Part shown: piece after piece, positions 54,755 to 62,865 of the stretch
How positions within the stretch are numbered: the stretch's first letter is position 1
Layout of the letters: the number at the start of each line of letters is the position of its first letter
Source: an uncultured Lentimicrobiaceae bacterium
GTDB lineage: Bacteria; Bacteroidota; Bacteroidia; Bacteroidales; CAZZLL01
DNA: 64,000 bases
NCBI GenBank assembly: GCA_964654725.1
Contig: CAZZLL010000006.1
Location: 4,641-68,640 of the forward strand
Direction: 5' to 3'
Made by a program: the position numbers and the translations under genes
The notes under the pieces: generated by a model
Told to the model about the DNA's origin: nothing
What the model saw: only the letters and a program-made list of their open reading frames with translations
Databases searched by the model: none

Positions 54755-55762
54755 ATGGAAATAACAGATGCTATATTATTTGTGCAGGGTTTTGTCTGGG
54801 CAAGTCTGTTGCTCAGACAATCCTCCGCCCGAAGTACCTGGCTTGGATTTGCTTTTTTTACCATCTTTATTATTTACTTCCTGCGTTATTTAAATACAGT
54901 TTTTAATGCGCAAATCCCTATACAGATAATACAAATTGGATCAATCCTTGCCATTCTTCTGCTAAGTTGTTACCTGGTGAAGAATGCAGTTGGTCAATTA
55001 TCCAACATGTTTCTTTTATTATATGCCATAGTCGTGTTCTTGGCTATATTATTTTTAGTATACAGTTTATCACTTTCTGGAAAAAATATATTTTGGAAAT
55101 CTTTCACTTTGTTTGCTGCAGGTGACATCATATTTAATTGGTATATATTTATTTTTCAATGTAAAAGAAAAACTTTTGCCGGAAGTATTATGGGAGATCC
55201 TCAGCTAAGAGTTGATTTTAGCATTCTCCTGAATAAATCTTTCGCTGTTTTATTCGGGGTTGCCATTCTGATAATTACAATCACAAAGATAAATACTACC
55301 TTGATTTATAATGGTTTTCAATCCCTGTTGGGTATTTTGGCTTTCATTTCAGGTTATGTTGCCGTAACATCCAAATTCATTAAAGAATACCCCAAACAAA
55401 TAGCAAAGCAGCAGAAAGAAAATTCTGTACTGGCAAGTGATATTATGAAATTGATGCAGGAAAAAAAGTTATACCTGGATTGTGAGCTTACTTTAGGTAA
55501 AATGGCTGATATCCTTAAAACAAACGAAAATGAAATTAGCCAGGTATTGCATGGTGAAATGGGAACAAGCTTTTACAAACTAATAAATGACTACAGAATT
55601 GAAACTGTCAAGCAGAAATTGAAAGAATTTGATAGCAGAAACTATACCATTATGGCTTCTGCTTATGAGTCAGGATTTAATTCCAAATCAACATTTTACA
55701 GGATTTTTAAGGAATATACCAATATGACACCCAAAGAATACATAGAGATAATAAACGATTAG
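54755..55762 (+). CDS. Membrane-anchored AraC/XylS-family transcriptional regulator
   Basis: 335 aa. The N-terminal ~210 aa contain about 6 hydrophobic helices. The C-terminal ~100 aa form the AraC HTH (LTLGKMADILKTNENEISQVL...SFYKLINDYRIE.VK..L........I...AYESGFNSKSTFYRIFKEYT.MTPKEY). Confidence 0.8.
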   Translation: MEITDAILFVQGFVWASLLLRQSSARSTWLGFAFFTIFIIYFLRYLNTVFNAQIPIQIIQIGSILAILLLSCYLVKNAVGQLSNMFLLLYAIVVFLAILFLVYSLSLSGKNIFWKSFTLFAAGDIIFNWYIFIFQCKRKTFAGSIMGDPQLRVDFSILLNKSFAVLFGVAILIITITKINTTLIYNGFQSLLGILAFISGYVAVTSKFIKEYPKQIAKQQKENSVLASDIMKLMQEKKLYLDCELTLGKMADILKTNENEISQVLHGEMGTSFYKLINDYRIETVKQKLKEFDSRNYTIMASAYESGFNSKSTFYRIFKEYTNMTPKEYIEIIND

Positions 55763-55955
55763 TTGCAATGGAATTGATATTTAAAGGCAAAGTAAGGTGA
55801 TATCCTGATTAACAAGTATGAATAATTCAATTCTCAGGTGTATGGCAAACGCGCGGTCTTGTTTCATTTTCTTATCAATAATTTTTAACAAAATATCAGG
55901 AAGTATAGATTTTCTAAGCATTTCGTCTTAAATTTACATTTTTAGTGTAATAGCT

Positions 55956-58900
55956 TTGACGGGATTAATAAGAAATATAGCCACATTAATTTTCTTATTT
56001 TGCTTCATTCATCCTGTTGTTTTTGCTCAGAATGAATTCAGTTCTGAGGAAGAGCTGCGGGAAAAAGCAGAAGAATATCTTGTTAATGAGAAATTTGCTA
56101 AGGCTATGCCTCTATACGGCCAGTTGCTCAGCCTGTATCCTAAGGATCCTATGTATAACTATCTTTTTGGAATATGTGTGCTGTATGGTGACAGAAGAGA
56201 GCCCGAAAAAAGTTTTAAATACCTTGAATTCGCTCGGGAACACCTGAAGGGGGAAGCTAATATCAACTATTATCTTGGCCAGGCCTACCATTATAACTAT
56301 CAGTTTCGTGAGGCTATTCTTGCCTATACTGATTTCGTAAACACAGCACCGGAGAGGGATGTCAGGCGACTGAATGTTAGGAGAAAGATAGAAATGTGTG
56401 TACATGGACTGGAATTGCTTCAGCGTATCAGTGAGCTGTATGTGTTAGAGAAAGCCAATGTGAAAGAAGAGGATTTTTACCGCTTCTACCATATTGATGA
56501 TTTTGGAGGAAAATTGCTTTCCAAACCCTATACACTGCAATCAGGGCTTGATAAACGCAGGGATGCAAGCAATTTTGTTTTCTTTTCTGACACCAATAAC
56601 CTAATATACTTTTCAAGCTACGGAAGTAAACGAAAGACAGGGAAAGATATTTTTTTTTCCGTAAAGCTTGAAGATGGCAGTTGGAGTGAACCTGAACTGT
56701 TCAGTGATGTCATCAATACAAGCTTGGATGAAGACTATCCCTTTATGATGCCTGATGGCAAAACCTTCTATTTTAGTTCCAAAGGTCATAATTCAATGGG
56801 CGGTTACGATATCTTCGTCTCGCGCTTTGATACTGTTCAAAAGGTTTGGCAACCTCCGGAAAATATGGACTTTGCTATCAATACCCCGCATGATGATTTT
56901 ATGTTTGTTGCGGATACGGCTCTTAATTATGCCTATTTTTCTTCCACACGAAATAGTGTAGGTGGCAATGTAAATGTTTATAAAGTCCGGATTGATCAGC
57001 GACCTCTTGTTAAAACCGGGATATATCTGGCCGATAAAAATACACCGGTTACCCGGGAACAGGATTCCCTCTACAAGGCAAATATTAAGTACCTGTTAGA
57101 AAAATCAGACCTGGAAGTAAATGCAGATAAAGATCAGTTCAGGGAGGAAAAGACAGAGAAGAACATCCCTATAGCAAAAGTAGATTCTGAAAAACGTCTG
57201 GAAGAAATATACAGTGAGAAAAAAAGAGGGGATGTGCTTACAGATACAGCCTTTGCTATTGCCAATCAACTCAAGAGACAGGTAAAATGGGAAGAGGACA
57301 AACTGACCAATGCGAATAAGATTATCAATAGCCGCAAGGCCCAACTGAAAGAAAAGAATGCAGAGGTTAAGGAGGCCTATAAAAATGCAGAAAAACTGCC
57401 TTCGTCAGCTAAAGAAGTTGCTATGCGAAAGGCAAAAGCTTTGGAGGATGAATATAAGGTTATGGAGTCGGAGGTCAAAATAGCAGAAGACCTAAAAATT
57501 CGTATTAACCAACACTATCGGAACCGGAGGGAAACCTATGATATGGTCAATAGTTATGCCGGGCAGATACAGAAAATGTCAAAAACGAATAAGCTGGATA
57601 AAGCGGAGGAACTTTTCGATGAAATGCATGATATTTTGCAACGTGCCGACACCCTCGGTGATTATGCGAAAATAGCTTTTGAAAACCATCAGCAATATAT
57701 CAGTGAAGTGGAAACTGAAGCCATTCGTAATTATAGTAAAGCAACTCAACAGAAACGGGAGGCAGAAGATCTAAGAACAGATGCCCGGGATTTTCGTCAG
57801 GATGCGGCAGGAACCAATGATGAAAATATCAGAAATGATATGCTGGAACAGGCTTCTGTTGCTGAGAATGATGCAAATAAAAAGGAAGCTGAGGCCGATA
57901 GGAAAATGCAATTGGGAAAAAAATACCAGGCTGCTTCAGATAGTGCGATCAAAGCAACCAATATCCTGGATAAGATGATCAGTTATATCGACTATTATGA
58001 CGAAATGCTGGAGATAGATGAAAAAGAGATGGAACTGATGAACGGGAAAGAAAAGGAGGAAACCGGAAAGAAACCCATAGATAAAGAAGTAATTCAGGAA
58101 ATTGAACAAACCCTGAATACACAACTGGATGTGCTGGCAAAAGATTCGGCATATAACAGCAGGCAGTCCGAACGTATGTTGGCATTTGCTGCCAACAAGC
58201 TGGATTTATCAGAAGCTCTCGATATTGAAGCTGAAAAGTTACATGAGTCTGGCACGGAAGCTAATGATAAAAAATCAGCGGAACTTTATGAAGAATCCCT
58301 GAAGTTAAAAAGAGAGGCAGTAGCCGCATATCAAATACATAAAGAGTATCTGAAAAGAACGGAAAAGAAAAGCAAAAGCCTGAGTCTTGCAAAAGGAAAA
58401 GCTTCTGTTATCAATACAAAATTGAGGGAAGGGGATGAAAAAACTGCCAATAATCTAATTGATGAGTTTAATGTGGTGATAGTGAATCAACAAAATGAAT
58501 ATCCGGTTGCGAAAAATCTGACGAACAGGCTGACCCAAAAAAGAGATAGCCTGGCTGAAGAGGAGAAAGCTATCCTGGCCGAAGCCAATGATTTGTTGAA
58601 TGACGCTAAAAGTCTTCGGAAAAAATCCATCACCCAAAAGGAGAAAGCAGAAAATACAAATCGCAAAAAGAAAAAAGAAGATCTGCTGCAGCAATCCGGT
58701 GAACTTGAACAACAGGCTCAGCAAAAGGAGGCTGAGGCTAATGTTCTCTTCGATAAAAACCTGGATAATCAGCAGGTACTTGAAGCCACAAGTACCCTTA
58801 TAGATTTTATTGGCAGTGCCAATGAGCAGTTCAGCAATACTCCATCCAATGTGAGTGCCCTGAGATTTAAGAAAGATTTTAATCTTCAGGATTTCGTAAA

Positions 58901-60944
58901 GACCATCTCAAAGCAACTACAATTAAATATTTTTAGTAATTCTTATGCTGATGAGGATGAAAAAGTTGCTGTTGCGGAAATGCCTGTGAAAGAACTACCC
59001 GTTGATTCAATGACTTCCGGTACGGAGGAAGTTGTATTCGAAAATTCAGTAAAAGAAGAGCAGGTTGATACTCCCATGAAAAGGAAAAATGAGGACGAGC
59101 AAAAGCTGAAAACTGACAACCAATGGAATGAGGATAGCTATCAGCTTATACTGGCAGATGATGCCTATTCCCGAACCAGGATTATCGACAATACGTTAGA
59201 ATTGATACTTGCCCAGGCCAATATGTACCGACAACGCATGCAGAATGCCGGAGAGGACGAGTCGAAAAATCACCAGGAACACATTGACAGCCTGATGATC
59301 GTTAAAAGGCGCCTGGAAATGGAGAAAGAAAATATTGTATCTCTGTCCGGAAATCAAAATAAATCCCTTAAAGCAGGGCAGGAGAAGGATATTGATGAAT
59401 ACGTTGGCAAGTTAGAAGATGATGCAGCCATAGGCTTTAAAAATGTGAATGATATGCGAAAACAGGCTTACATGATGCCTGAAGGAACTGCAAAAGAGGA
59501 ATTGCTGACAGAGGCAGATTCATTGGAAAGTAATGCAATGGCAAAGCAAAAGGCCGCATACAGCATGGGCTCTTTGCAAAATATGAACCGCTTTTATACC
59601 AACGATATTGCCCTTAATATTGAGAAAGAGCGCTATGCAAACCGAAATGAAGATGCTTTTGGTGAAGCAACAACGAAAACCTATACAGCCCGTTGGCATC
59701 TGACACGGGCTTCATCATACTCAGACAGTGCAGCTCAGGCGCAGCATTATGCTGCACTGATAAGATACCTGGAAAATGCAAGACGGGAAGAAAAGAAAGC
59801 ATTGGAATTACAGCAGGAAGCCCTGGAATTTTACCGGAAAGAAAGCGGGATCGTATTGGCAGAAGAACCCAAAGTAACTTCAGAATTAATACAGGAAACA
59901 AAATCCATGACACGGGATCCGGATGTCAGGGAAGATAAGAATATTATTCCCGGATCTTCGCCTGAGGTTTTTTACCGGATACAAATAGCCGCTTCAAGAA
60001 TACCTTTAAACTTTGCTGCATATAACATCAATAAGGATATTGTAACGGAAGATATTTCGGGCTCTGATATGGTGCGGTATATGGTGGGTATGTATGAACA
60101 GCTTACCGAGGCACTGGAAAACCGCAAAGAAATAAGGAGTAAAGGTTTATCAGATGCTTTTGTAGTTGCTTATCACCAGGGTAAACGCATACAGGTTGGT
60201 GAAGCCAGGCGTTTACAAAATACCGGGGCTGTCTCTCAGGTTATAACAGATAAAAGCGCGTTGGGAACTCTTTTGAACACGGATGAAAGCCGGAAAATAC
60301 TACCTGTTGGTAAGGTGGAGGGGTTCTTTTATTCGGTGCAGGTGGGCGTTTTTAGCAGAAAAAGAAGTGCTGCCGACTTGAAATATCTATATCCCCTGTT
60401 TGAAGATATCCTGACAAATGGCAACTACAGGTATTACGCCGGAATATTCCAGAAATCTCATGAAGCCATCAAAGCCAGGAATGAGATCCGAAACCTGGGA
60501 CTGAAAGACGCCTTCGTAGTTCCGGTGCGGAATGGGAAACGTATCAGCCTGGCACAGGCTGGTGAACTTGAAAGGACTAATGCTCCGAAAGCGGATGCAC
60601 AAGGTTTTGAAATTTTTATCATGCCATCTGAAAAAGAAACTTCTAAAGAAGAGATAAATGCTGCGGATATTGTATTCAAAATTCAAATTGGTGCCTATAG
60701 CAAAGAAGTCCCGGTTGAAGTGGTGGACCTGATGATTTCAGTGAGCGAGCTGGGACTGGAAAAATATATGCGGGAAGACGGGCTCACCATATATACCATC
60801 GGAAAATTTTCTGATTATGAAGAGGCCGGAAAATGGAGGCTGAAAATTCACGAAAAAGGAATCCCGGATGCTTTTATCGTTGCCTATGCAAATAATGTAA
60901 AGATAAGTGTAAGTCAGGCACTGGAAATCATTAAAAGAAATTAA
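55956..60944 (+). CDS. Paralog 3 (1662 aa): TPR + PD40/TolB-like repeats + K/E/A/Q-rich, probably coiled-coil region of about 970 aa + 3 SPOR-like domains
   Basis: There is no in-frame ATG before the signal peptide. The track starts at TTG 55956 (LIRNIATLIFLFCFIHPVVFAQ). TPR block is YGQLLSLYPKDPMYNYLFGICVLY. PD40-type repeats include MMPDGKTFYFSSKGHNSMGGYDIFV, and PENMDFAINTPHDD is present. The charged helical region spans about 57060-59960. SPOR-like modules start at about 59967 (FYRIQIAAS...), 60321 (FFYSVQVGVFS...) and 60669 (IVFKIQIGAYS...). Confidence 0.75.
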   Translation: MTGLIRNIATLIFLFCFIHPVVFAQNEFSSEEELREKAEEYLVNEKFAKAMPLYGQLLSLYPKDPMYNYLFGICVLYGDRREPEKSFKYLEFAREHLKGEANINYYLGQAYHYNYQFREAILAYTDFVNTAPERDVRRLNVRRKIEMCVHGLELLQRISELYVLEKANVKEEDFYRFYHIDDFGGKLLSKPYTLQSGLDKRRDASNFVFFSDTNNLIYFSSYGSKRKTGKDIFFSVKLEDGSWSEPELFSDVINTSLDEDYPFMMPDGKTFYFSSKGHNSMGGYDIFVSRFDTVQKVWQPPENMDFAINTPHDDFMFVADTALNYAYFSSTRNSVGGNVNVYKVRIDQRPLVKTGIYLADKNTPVTREQDSLYKANIKYLLEKSDLEVNADKDQFREEKTEKNIPIAKVDSEKRLEEIYSEKKRGDVLTDTAFAIANQLKRQVKWEEDKLTNANKIINSRKAQLKEKNAEVKEAYKNAEKLPSSAKEVAMRKAKALEDEYKVMESEVKIAEDLKIRINQHYRNRRETYDMVNSYAGQIQKMSKTNKLDKAEELFDEMHDILQRADTLGDYAKIAFENHQQYISEVETEAIRNYSKATQQKREAEDLRTDARDFRQDAAGTNDENIRNDMLEQASVAENDANKKEAEADRKMQLGKKYQAASDSAIKATNILDKMISYIDYYDEMLEIDEKEMELMNGKEKEETGKKPIDKEVIQEIEQTLNTQLDVLAKDSAYNSRQSERMLAFAANKLDLSEALDIEAEKLHESGTEANDKKSAELYEESLKLKREAVAAYQIHKEYLKRTEKKSKSLSLAKGKASVINTKLREGDEKTANNLIDEFNVVIVNQQNEYPVAKNLTNRLTQKRDSLAEEEKAILAEANDLLNDAKSLRKKSITQKEKAENTNRKKKKEDLLQQSGELEQQAQQKEAEANVLFDKNLDNQQVLEATSTLIDFIGSANEQFSNTPSNVSALRFKKDFNLQDFVKTISKQLQLNIFSNSYADEDEKVAVAEMPVKELPVDSMTSGTEEVVFENSVKEEQVDTPMKRKNEDEQKLKTDNQWNEDSYQLILADDAYSRTRIIDNTLELILAQANMYRQRMQNAGEDESKNHQEHIDSLMIVKRRLEMEKENIVSLSGNQNKSLKAGQEKDIDEYVGKLEDDAAIGFKNVNDMRKQAYMMPEGTAKEELLTEADSLESNAMAKQKAAYSMGSLQNMNRFYTNDIALNIEKERYANRNEDAFGEATTKTYTARWHLTRASSYSDSAAQAQHYAALIRYLENARREEKKALELQQEALEFYRKESGIVLAEEPKVTSELIQETKSMTRDPDVREDKNIIPGSSPEVFYRIQIAASRIPLNFAAYNINKDIVTEDISGSDMVRYMVGMYEQLTEALENRKEIRSKGLSDAFVVAYHQGKRIQVGEARRLQNTGAVSQVITDKSALGTLLNTDESRKILPVGKVEGFFYSVQVGVFSRKRSAADLKYLYPLFEDILTNGNYRYYAGIFQKSHEAIKARNEIRNLGLKDAFVVPVRNGKRISLAQAGELERTNAPKADAQGFEIFIMPSEKETSKEEINAADIVFKIQIGAYSKEVPVEVVDLMISVSELGLEKYMREDGLTIYTIGKFSDYEEAGKWRLKIHEKGIPDAFIVAYANNVKISVSQALEIIKRN

Positions 60945-61417
60945 TATTTTAATCGCAGGTCGTATTCTCCGCCTCTGATAACCCAGCAGTTCTCATCACA
61001 TATGTGGTATTTTTTCGTCTCAAACCGCTCTCCGTCCAAGGCCAGAATGGCTTTGCTGCCGGACTTGTACGTAGCTGTTACCGAATAGTATTCATTCAGG
61101 GGCATTTCAATCTCATAGCTTTCATAATATGCTGTATCTATCCATTCTATTACATTTTCTTCTATGTTTCCGATATAGAAAACCAGTGGTACCTTGGGGT
61201 TTTCATCATTGATGGTAACATCCACATAAACCAATCCCCACTCCGGTTCTTCCAGCTCGCAGTCGCTGAAATCATAAGTTTCACAATCATCCACCATTGG
61301 TTTATCGCAGCTGATAATTATGGAAAAAACTAATAAAGATGCAATAAGATGAATGTAATTTTTGGGAGGTATGGAAGACGTTGCATTTATTCTATAACCA
61401 GGAAATATTTTTTTCAT
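60941..61417 (-). CDS. Small Cys-containing lipoprotein, unknown function
   Basis: Start taken at MKKIFPG...LIASLLVFSIIISC (lipobox). The start overlaps the 3' end of the ankyrin gene by 26 nt. Its stop shares the TTAA tetranucleotide (60941-60944) with the convergent paralog-3 gene. Confidence 0.45.
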   Translation of the reverse strand: MKKIFPGYRINATSSIPPKNYIHLIASLLVFSIIISCDKPMVDDCETYDFSDCELEEPEWGLVYVDVTINDENPKVPLVFYIGNIEENVIEWIDTAYYESYEIEMPLNEYYSVTATYKSGSKAILALDGERFETKKYHICDENCWVIRGGEYDLRLKY

Positions 61418-62804
61418 AATAGGTATGTGAACGGGTTTGTATATAAAATAACAAAGAAACATTAATTCTGTGGGGCGGGAGTTTGTAAGTGTTTAAGTCA
61501 AAATATTCATAGGAAAACCTGAACCCTAACCAATGATGTTCACTTAGCCAACCAAACTCAGGGACCATATAAAGCGCTCCTTCCTGTTTTTTTTCTGTAC
61601 CGTGGTAATTTGCCCAGGAGTAAACTCCTTTTAGCCCGAGAAACAGCCCATGGTTGGAAAAAGGTCTTGAGGAGAGGATAAAATCTTTGGTGAGTTCACT
61701 GTACAGCCAGGATCTGTTTTCCCAGAGCTGATAGTAAACCGGATGCTGAATCTCTTGTAAGGTTCTTTTTGCCCATGGCCTGGTTTGATATCCAAGGGAA
61801 AACGCAAGGCCGTGTTTGGCATCATAAATACCGGTTCCGCCTCCAATTAAATAATCCCGATGATTAAAGGATGATTTGATGTCGATGATCAGCTTGCTGA
61901 AGTAAGGCATTAATTCCTTCTTGATAGATTCATTTGACAGCAGCTTAATTATTTCATTGTCTCGCTTTGCAATAGCAATATTCAGGAGGGCATTATTATT
62001 TTTAAACCCGGCTGTCTGATCAGCCCCCTGTTCCAACAGGTATTTAACTATATGTCCCTGTTTATTTAATACAGCAATGGTTAGGGCTGAATAATCCCTG
62101 TTGTTCAGGTAGTTCAGTCCGGCATGGTAGGTTAAAAGAATTTCGACAATATCAAGGAAGCCTTTTTGTGCTGCAAGCATAAGGGTTGTGTTTCCTTGTA
62201 TATCCGCATAATCAGGGTCTGCACCCTTTTCAAGCAATAAGGATACAATTTCTGTGTAACCGGAATAGGTAGCCAGCATGAGGGGAGTGTTTCCCTGGTA
62301 ATCCCGGGCATTGATGTCGGCTCCATAGAATAAGAGCATATCCGTCAGGATATAGTAACCGTAAGCAGCAGTATAATGAATGCATTGTAGTTTATCGTAA
62401 TCTTTTGAATAGATATTTGCCCCTTCCCGTATAAGATAATCGGCGATGTCTTCATGGCCGTTTATGCAGGCAACCATGAGAGCTGTTATGCCATTGGAGG
62501 GTTTTGCATTGATATTAGCTCCTTTATAAATAAAGTAAATAAGCATGGCTTCGTTCCCGTTTTCAGCAGCGTACATAAGAGGTGTTACGCCATAATAACT
62601 GGCCCAATTTATGTCAGCACCGCGCTCTATCAATTCTTTGCTGCGGTCCAGATCATTATCAGCGGCAGCTACAAGAAGTTCGAAGCTCAAAGAATCTTTA
62701 TTGCCCGCAGATAAACTGTCTTTCTGCGAAAAAGCTGGATTCGGGTTAAACAGAAAAATGATGCATGAGAAAAAAAACAGTATAAACCGGTATTTCTTAT
62801 CCAT
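61392..62804 (-). CDS. Secreted ankyrin-repeat protein with a beta-rich C-terminal domain of about 170 aa
   Basis: 470 aa. Signal peptide is MDKKYRFILFFFSCIIFLFNPNPAFSQ. About 8 ANK repeats are present (G.TPLM.AA..G....V..LL..GAD.N pattern, e.g. GNTPLMLATYSGYTEIVSLLLEKGADPD). The C-terminal region is rich in aromatic/Gly alternation (GLFLGLKGVYSWANY, LGFRFSYEYF). Confidence 0.8.
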   Translation of the reverse strand: MDKKYRFILFFFSCIIFLFNPNPAFSQKDSLSAGNKDSLSFELLVAAADNDLDRSKELIERGADINWASYYGVTPLMYAAENGNEAMLIYFIYKGANINAKPSNGITALMVACINGHEDIADYLIREGANIYSKDYDKLQCIHYTAAYGYYILTDMLLFYGADINARDYQGNTPLMLATYSGYTEIVSLLLEKGADPDYADIQGNTTLMLAAQKGFLDIVEILLTYHAGLNYLNNRDYSALTIAVLNKQGHIVKYLLEQGADQTAGFKNNNALLNIAIAKRDNEIIKLLSNESIKKELMPYFSKLIIDIKSSFNHRDYLIGGGTGIYDAKHGLAFSLGYQTRPWAKRTLQEIQHPVYYQLWENRSWLYSELTKDFILSSRPFSNHGLFLGLKGVYSWANYHGTEKKQEGALYMVPEFGWLSEHHWLGFRFSYEYFDLNTYKLPPHRINVSLLFYIQTRSHTYYEKNISWL

Positions 62805-62865
62805 TTACAAAGATATTTATTTAAACCAAATCATTAAATTTGTATCAACAGCAAATTTTGTTCCG

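Noticed and set aside
56017-60686. Many 60-100-aa ORFs in other frames inside the 1662-aa gene, and similar ones inside the 1507-aa gene
   Set aside because: They are nested in or antisense to a long uninterrupted ORF with coherent domain architecture. None has independent start or signal features.
62761-62865. ATG at 62761 as the recQ start
   Set aside because: It overlaps the divergently transcribed ankyrin gene start (62804). It also adds a non-conserved, Lys/Ile-rich extension, so TTG 62866 is preferred. This remains uncertain.
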